Of a stretch of 64,000 nt of DNA, positions 59,785 to 64,000 are shown piece after piece. The position numbers and the translations under genes are program-made. Source of the stretch: an uncultured Acidobacteriota bacterium (lineage in GTDB: Bacteria; Acidobacteriota; Thermoanaerobaculia; Multivoradales; UBA5704); the NCBI GenBank assembly GCA_963799925.1, contig CAWCYZ010000002.1, forward strand, positions 1,233,025 to 1,297,024, in the 5' to 3' direction. The notes below the pieces were generated by a model. It ran no database searches. It was not told where the DNA came from and saw only the letters and a program-made list of their open reading frames with translations. Every line of letters begins with the position of its first letter. The first letter of the stretch is position 1.

Positions 59785-60267
59785 CTATGCCATCCGCGGC
59801 CGGCCGCGCCGCAGATCGGCGAAGAAGCCGGAGAGGAGCGCCCCGCACTCCTCGGCGAGCACCCCGGCGGTCACCTCCAGCCGGTGGTTCAACCGCGGGT
59901 CCTGGACCAGGTTGCCCAGGGTGCCGCAGTAGCCGGCCTTGGGGTCGGCCGCGCCGTAGACCAGCCGCTCGATCCGCGCCGCGACGAGCGCCCCGGCGCA
60001 CATCGGGCAGGGCTCCAGGGTGACGTAGAGCGTCGTCCCGGCGAGCCGCCAGCCGCTACAACGCGCCGCCGCCTGGCGGATCGCCAGCAGCTCGGCATGG
60101 GCCAGCGGGTCGCCGTCGGTCTCCCGGCGGTTGTAGCCGCGGCCGAGAACCTCCGGCGGCTCGCCCCCGATCACCAGGGCGCCGATCGGCACCTCGCCGA
60201 TCGCCGCCGCCTGCCGGGCCAGGTCCAGGGCCGCTTCCATCCACGCCCTGTCCTCGTCACTCGTCAC
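59785..60267 (-). CDS. tadA: tRNA adenosine(34) deaminase
   Basis: W...AL..A..A...GEVPIGA..., AHAELLAIRQA, and TLYVTLEPCPMCAGAL (the H(C)AE...PCxxC zinc site). Confidence 0.93.
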   Translation of the reverse strand: MTSDEDRAWMEAALDLARQAAAIGEVPIGALVIGGEPPEVLGRGYNRRETDGDPLAHAELLAIRQAAARCSGWRLAGTTLYVTLEPCPMCAGALVAARIERLVYGAADPKAGYCGTLGNLVQDPRLNHRLEVTAGVLAEECGALLSGFFADLRRGRPRMA

Positions 60268-60550
60268 GATCGGACGTGTCCTGACCTCGCGCGGTGGGCG
60301 CGGAAAGGCGTAATCTTAGAGGAAGGGTCGATCTCCGTAAACCGCGGGCTCCTCCTCCTGAGACCGGCCGGCGGATAGTGGGTCGGGTCCGCTGCGGGCG
60401 ACCGCCCTCGGGACCACCCTCCCGACCTCCCTTCCAGGCGGCCGTCCTCGGGACCAAACCGCCCCACTACCCGCCGGCGCCCCGAGTTGGCGCTTCCGGC
60501 GCACGGCTGATACAGTGCTCCGTCCGCTTCGGGCGTCTTAAGGAGCCTCC

Positions 60551-62503
60551 ATGCTCAAAGTCTTTCGCGAGAACGTCAAGTACCTCAGCTGGATCCTCTG
60601 GGTCATCATCGCCATCTTCATCATCTTCATCTTCGTCGACTTCGGGGCCGGCATCGGCGGCCAGCGCGGGCCCGGCGGCGACAACGTCGCGGCGACGGTG
60701 GGGCAGGAGACGATCAGCCGGCTGGAGTTCCAGCGCGCCTATGCGAGCACCCAGGAGCGCGCCCGGCAGGCGTACGGCGACAAGTTCACGCCCGAGCTCG
60801 AGAAGCAGCTGCACCTGCCGCTCCAGGTCCTCAACAAGCTCGTCCAGGACCGCATCCTGACCGACGAGGCGCGGCGTCTCGGCCTGGTGGCGAGCGACGA
60901 GGAGGTGCGCAAGCAGATCCTCGACATCTTCAAGGACGAGCAGGGGCGGTTCGTCGGCGAGGCGGTCTACAACCAGTCCCTCCAGGCGCAGCACACCACC
61001 GCCGACGCTTTCGAGCGCGAGGTGCGCGACGCGCTGCTGCGCCAGAAGCTGATCGAGGTGCTGCACGCCGGCCTCTACATCTCGGACCAGCAGATCGAGC
61101 GGACCTACCGCGACCAGGTCGAGCAGGCCAAGATCCGCTACGTCCAGCTGTCGCGCGGCACCGATGCGCCCCCGGCGGTCTCGCCGGCGGACCTCGCGGC
61201 CTACTACGACGCCCATAAAAACGAGTTCAAGCTCCCCGAGCAGCGCCAGGTCGCCTATGTCCTGGTCGAGAACGCCAAGCTCCAGGCGCAGAACGCCGCC
61301 GACGACAAGGCGGTGCGGAGCTACTACGACGCCCATCCGGACGAGTTCAAGCAGGAGGAGCAAATCCACGCCCGCCAGATCCTCGTCGCGGTCAACGACC
61401 AGCGCAACGATGCCGCGGCCAAGCAGCGCGTCGACGAGGCGAAGAAGCGGATCGACGGCGGCCAGGACTTCGCCAAGGTGGCGGCGGAGATCTCCGACGA
61501 CGCCAGCTCGAAGGCCCGCGGCGGCGACCTGGGCTTCTTCGGCCACAATCGCAACGTCAAGGAATTCGAGGACGCCGCCTTCGCCGCCCCGCTCGGCAAG
61601 GTGGTCGGTCCGGTGCGCTCGCCGCTCGGCTATCACCTCTTCGAGGTGCTCGAGAAGAAGCCCGGCGGCGTGCGGTCCTTCGAGGAGGTGCGGCCGCAGA
61701 TCGCGGGCCAGCTCGCCGCGGAGCGCGCCAAGACGATCGGCGAGAGCAAGGCCAAGGAGCTCGCCGAGCGGATCGACAAGGCGAAGCCGAAGACCGCCGA
61801 CGACTTGAAGGCGCTGGTCAAGGACGATCCCGACGCGAGCTTCGCCGTCAGCCCCCGGTTCGGCCAGGGGGACTGGATCCCCGGCATCGGCCGCCAGCCG
61901 GCCGTGGCGAGCGCCGTCTTCGGCATGAAGAAGGGCGACATCTCGAAGCCCATCCTGCTGCCGCGCGGCTGGGGCGTCTTCCTGCTGCAGGACGTCTTCC
62001 CGCCGCACACGCCGCCGCTCGCCGAGGTCGAGCCCCGCGTGCACCAGGAGCTGGTCACCCAGAAGCTGCAGCAGGCGGCGCTCGACCGCCTCACCCAGGC
62101 CAAGCAGCAGATGGCGCTGGGCAAGACCCTCGACCAGGTCGCCGCCGGGCTGGGCGCCAAGGTCGAGGCGCCGCCGGAGTTCGGCGCCAACGGCTTCATC
62201 CAGGGGCTCGGCTACAACCCGCAGGTGGCGAAGGCCGCCCTGGCGCTCGCGCCGGGGCAGGTCGGCGGGCCTCTCCCCGCCGCGCAGGGCGCGGTGCTCT
62301 TCCAGGTCGTCGAGAAGAAGGGCTTCGACCCCAAGCAGTTCGCCGACCAGCGCGAGCAGATCCGCCAGCAGCTCGAGAGCGACCGGTTGAACCGTCTGAT
62401 GGCCTCGATCCTCGAGCAGCGCCGGCGCGAGCTCGGCGTGACGCCCGACCGCCAGCTCCTCGACACCTACGGCATCGGCGCCGACGAGACGCCGGCGGGT
62501 TGA
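60551..62503 (+). CDS. ppiD: periplasmic chaperone PpiD-like (N-terminal anchor, SurA-N-like domain, parvulin PPIase domain)
   Basis: MLKVFRENVKYLSWILWVIIAIFIIFIFV (anchor). Parvulin core HARQILV...A..I...A..G.DFAKVA.E.SDD.SSKARGGDLGFF......EFEDAAF....G...GPV.S..GYHLF. Confidence 0.82.
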   Translation: MLKVFRENVKYLSWILWVIIAIFIIFIFVDFGAGIGGQRGPGGDNVAATVGQETISRLEFQRAYASTQERARQAYGDKFTPELEKQLHLPLQVLNKLVQDRILTDEARRLGLVASDEEVRKQILDIFKDEQGRFVGEAVYNQSLQAQHTTADAFEREVRDALLRQKLIEVLHAGLYISDQQIERTYRDQVEQAKIRYVQLSRGTDAPPAVSPADLAAYYDAHKNEFKLPEQRQVAYVLVENAKLQAQNAADDKAVRSYYDAHPDEFKQEEQIHARQILVAVNDQRNDAAAKQRVDEAKKRIDGGQDFAKVAAEISDDASSKARGGDLGFFGHNRNVKEFEDAAFAAPLGKVVGPVRSPLGYHLFEVLEKKPGGVRSFEEVRPQIAGQLAAERAKTIGESKAKELAERIDKAKPKTADDLKALVKDDPDASFAVSPRFGQGDWIPGIGRQPAVASAVFGMKKGDISKPILLPRGWGVFLLQDVFPPHTPPLAEVEPRVHQELVTQKLQQAALDRLTQAKQQMALGKTLDQVAAGLGAKVEAPPEFGANGFIQGLGYNPQVAKAALALAPGQVGGPLPAAQGAVLFQVVEKKGFDPKQFADQREQIRQQLESDRLNRLMASILEQRRRELGVTPDRQLLDTYGIGADETPAG

Positions 62504-62585
62504 GCGGGAGACGGGTCCCGGCCGGCTGCGGGCCGCCGCGGGACGGGATGATCGCGGACTGGATGATCGCGGACGTGATGATCGG

Positions 62586-63173
62586 ATGATCGGCTACTTG
62601 ACCGGCCAGCTCCTCAAGACCTCCCCGGAGCGCGTGCTCCTGGACGTCCAGGGGGTCGGCTACGAGGTCCACATCCCGCTGTCGACCTGGTACGAGATCG
62701 AGCAGCGGACCGGCGAGCGCATCGGTCTCCACATCCATACCCAAGTACGCGAGGACGACATATCGCTCTTCGGCTTTTGGACCGAGCGCGAGAAGCAGCT
62801 CTTCGAACGATTGATCGCGGTGTCCGGCATCGGCCCGCGCCTGGCGCGGGTGATCCTCTCCGGCATGGCGCCGGAGGACTTGGTGGCCGCCATCGCCGCC
62901 GGCGACCTGGCCCGCCTCGCCACCATCCCCGGCATCGGCAAGAAGACCGCCGAGCGGATGGTTCTCGAGCTCAAGGAGAAAATGCGCGAGCTCGCCGCTG
63001 AGCTCCCCGAGCGGCTGCTCCCCAGCGACGGCGACGTCGTCTCCGCCCTGGTCAACCTCGGCTACAAGGCGAGTCAGGCCGAGCGCGCCGTCGCCGACGC
63101 CCGGCGTGACCGCCCGGAGGCGGCGTTCCACGAGCTGCTGCGGGCGAGCCTCAACCGGCTCTCGCGGGCTTGA
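62586..63173 (+). CDS. ruvA: Holliday junction branch migration complex subunit RuvA
   Basis: [10 protein letters not shown]......[21 protein letters not shown]....[22 protein letters not shown], and [17 protein letters not shown] (HhH motifs). Confidence 0.95.
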   Translation: MIGYLTGQLLKTSPERVLLDVQGVGYEVHIPLSTWYEIEQRTGERIGLHIHTQVREDDISLFGFWTEREKQLFERLIAVSGIGPRLARVILSGMAPEDLVAAIAAGDLARLATIPGIGKKTAERMVLELKEKMRELAAELPERLLPSDGDVVSALVNLGYKASQAERAVADARRDRPEAAFHELLRASLNRLSRA

Positions 63174-63312
63174 GGCGGAAGGACGGGCTGTCCTTGACCT
63201 CGACCGCGCCTCTGCGCTAGCTTACGAGTTTCGTTCGGGTATCCGCGCTCAAGGCGGCGACATTCGGAGCCGCGGCCGCGACCCTCACCTCCAACCGAGA
63301 AGGTGGACCACC

Positions 63313-63447
63313 GTGAAACGGACGTTTCAACCCAACAACCGTCATCGCCACAAGACCCACGGCTTCCTGGTACGGATGCGCACCAAGAACGGGCGCGCCG
63401 TCATCGCCCGGCGGCGCCGGAAGGGACGCAAGCGCCTGAGCGTCTGA
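63313..63447 (+). CDS. rpmH: 50S ribosomal protein L34
   Basis: The GTG start gives (M)[43 protein letters not shown]. 44 aa, canonical L34. Confidence 0.95.
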   Translation: MKRTFQPNNRHRHKTHGFLVRMRTKNGRAVIARRRRKGRKRLSV

Positions 63448-63842
63448 TGGCCTCGCCGCAGGGCTCGCCCGCCCCGCCGAGATCCGGCGAGCGGTTCCTT
63501 CCGGAAGAGCGCTTGCGGCGGCGGGCGGACTACCTCCGGTGCTACCGCACCGGGCGACGGCGTCACGGCGAGATTGCGATCCTCTACTTCGCACCCAACG
63601 AGCTCGGGCATCCGCGGCTCGGGATCACCGCCAGCCGCAAGGTCGGCGACGCGGTCGTGCGCCACCGGCTCAAGCGAAGAATCAAAGAGATCTACCGGCG
63701 ATGGCAGGAACGCGCGAGCCTTCCCCCGATGGACCTCGTGCTCCATCTGAAGCCCGAGGCGCGGGGGGTGGAGTGGACGCCCTTCCGCGTGGAGATGCTG
63801 CGCCTGCTCGCCGGTCTCGTCCGGCGCGGCGGGGAGCGGTGA
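63447..63842 (+). CDS. rnpA: ribonuclease P protein component
   Basis: The ATG overlaps the rpmH stop (TGATG). ...[28 protein letters not shown] is the RNR-type motif K.VG.AV.RNR.KR..RE. Confidence 0.9.
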   Translation: MASPQGSPAPPRSGERFLPEERLRRRADYLRCYRTGRRRHGEIAILYFAPNELGHPRLGITASRKVGDAVVRHRLKRRIKEIYRRWQERASLPPMDLVLHLKPEARGVEWTPFRVEMLRLLAGLVRRGGER

Positions 63843-64000
63843 GCGCCTTGGCGATCGCCCTTCTGGCGCTCTACAAGCGCCGCCTCTCGCCCCTCCTGCC
63901 ACCCTCCTGCCGGTTCACCCCGACCTGCTCGGAATACGCCCGTCTGGCGATCTTGAAGCACGGCGCCGGGCGTGGCGGAGCTCTCGCCCTGGGGCGGCTC
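63839..64000 (+). CDS. yidD: membrane protein insertion efficiency factor YidD (3' end beyond window)
   Basis: The GTG overlaps the rnpA stop (GTGA). [33 protein letters not shown] is the canonical YidD motif. Confidence 0.85.
   Translation, partial: MSALAIALLALYKRRLSPLLPPSCRFTPTCSEYARLAILKHGAGRGGALALGRL

Overview
High-GC (roughly 70% by eye) bacterial chromosome segment centred on the replication-initiation cluster. On the minus strand at 33.5-43.1 kb lie gyrA <- small orf <- gyrB <- recF <- dnaN <- dnaA. rpmH-rnpA-yidD sits at the right edge, and ruvB and ruvA sit at the two opposite ends of the window. The families present (GWxTD, DUF3467, DUF2911, YfhO-like, DUF6922-like/AbiEii) suggest an Acidobacteriota-like lineage, which is inference only. 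I support about 60 protein genes, 3 tRNAs (Met-CAT, Ser-CGA, Ser-GGA), an SRP RNA upstream of dnaX-ybaB-recR, several intrinsic-terminator hairpins and several repeat families. Most very long ORFs in the track are alternate-frame or antisense artefacts of the high GC content. Five observations deserve a second look. (1) An 818-nt gene-free, GC-poor, hairpin-dense spacer between a rimB-like gene and mutY, carrying 28-nt direct repeats, that matches no RNA family I can recognise. (2) A 4.1-kb block (54.4-58.5 kb) bounded by perfect 28-bp direct repeats that duplicate a palindrome plus Shine-Dalgarno. It holds only frameshift-riddled genes (a MetE-like gene and a PAS hybrid histidine kinase, 7 shifts in 3.4 kb) and a REPIN-like pair of 57-nt palindromes, and it sits just upstream of a secreted 6-Cys peptide gene. 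(3) A 7-unit 40-bp tandem array of GAA-N-TTC palindromes upstream of a NYN/LOTUS gene. (4) Single frameshifts in dnaX, sppA and an M20 peptidase; those in dnaX and M20 fall at homopolymers. (5) A DUF6922-like/AbiEii module with overlapping start/stop codons, wedged between divIVA and hutI. No homology search or folding software was available. All calls rest on reading the sequence and on remembered family motifs.
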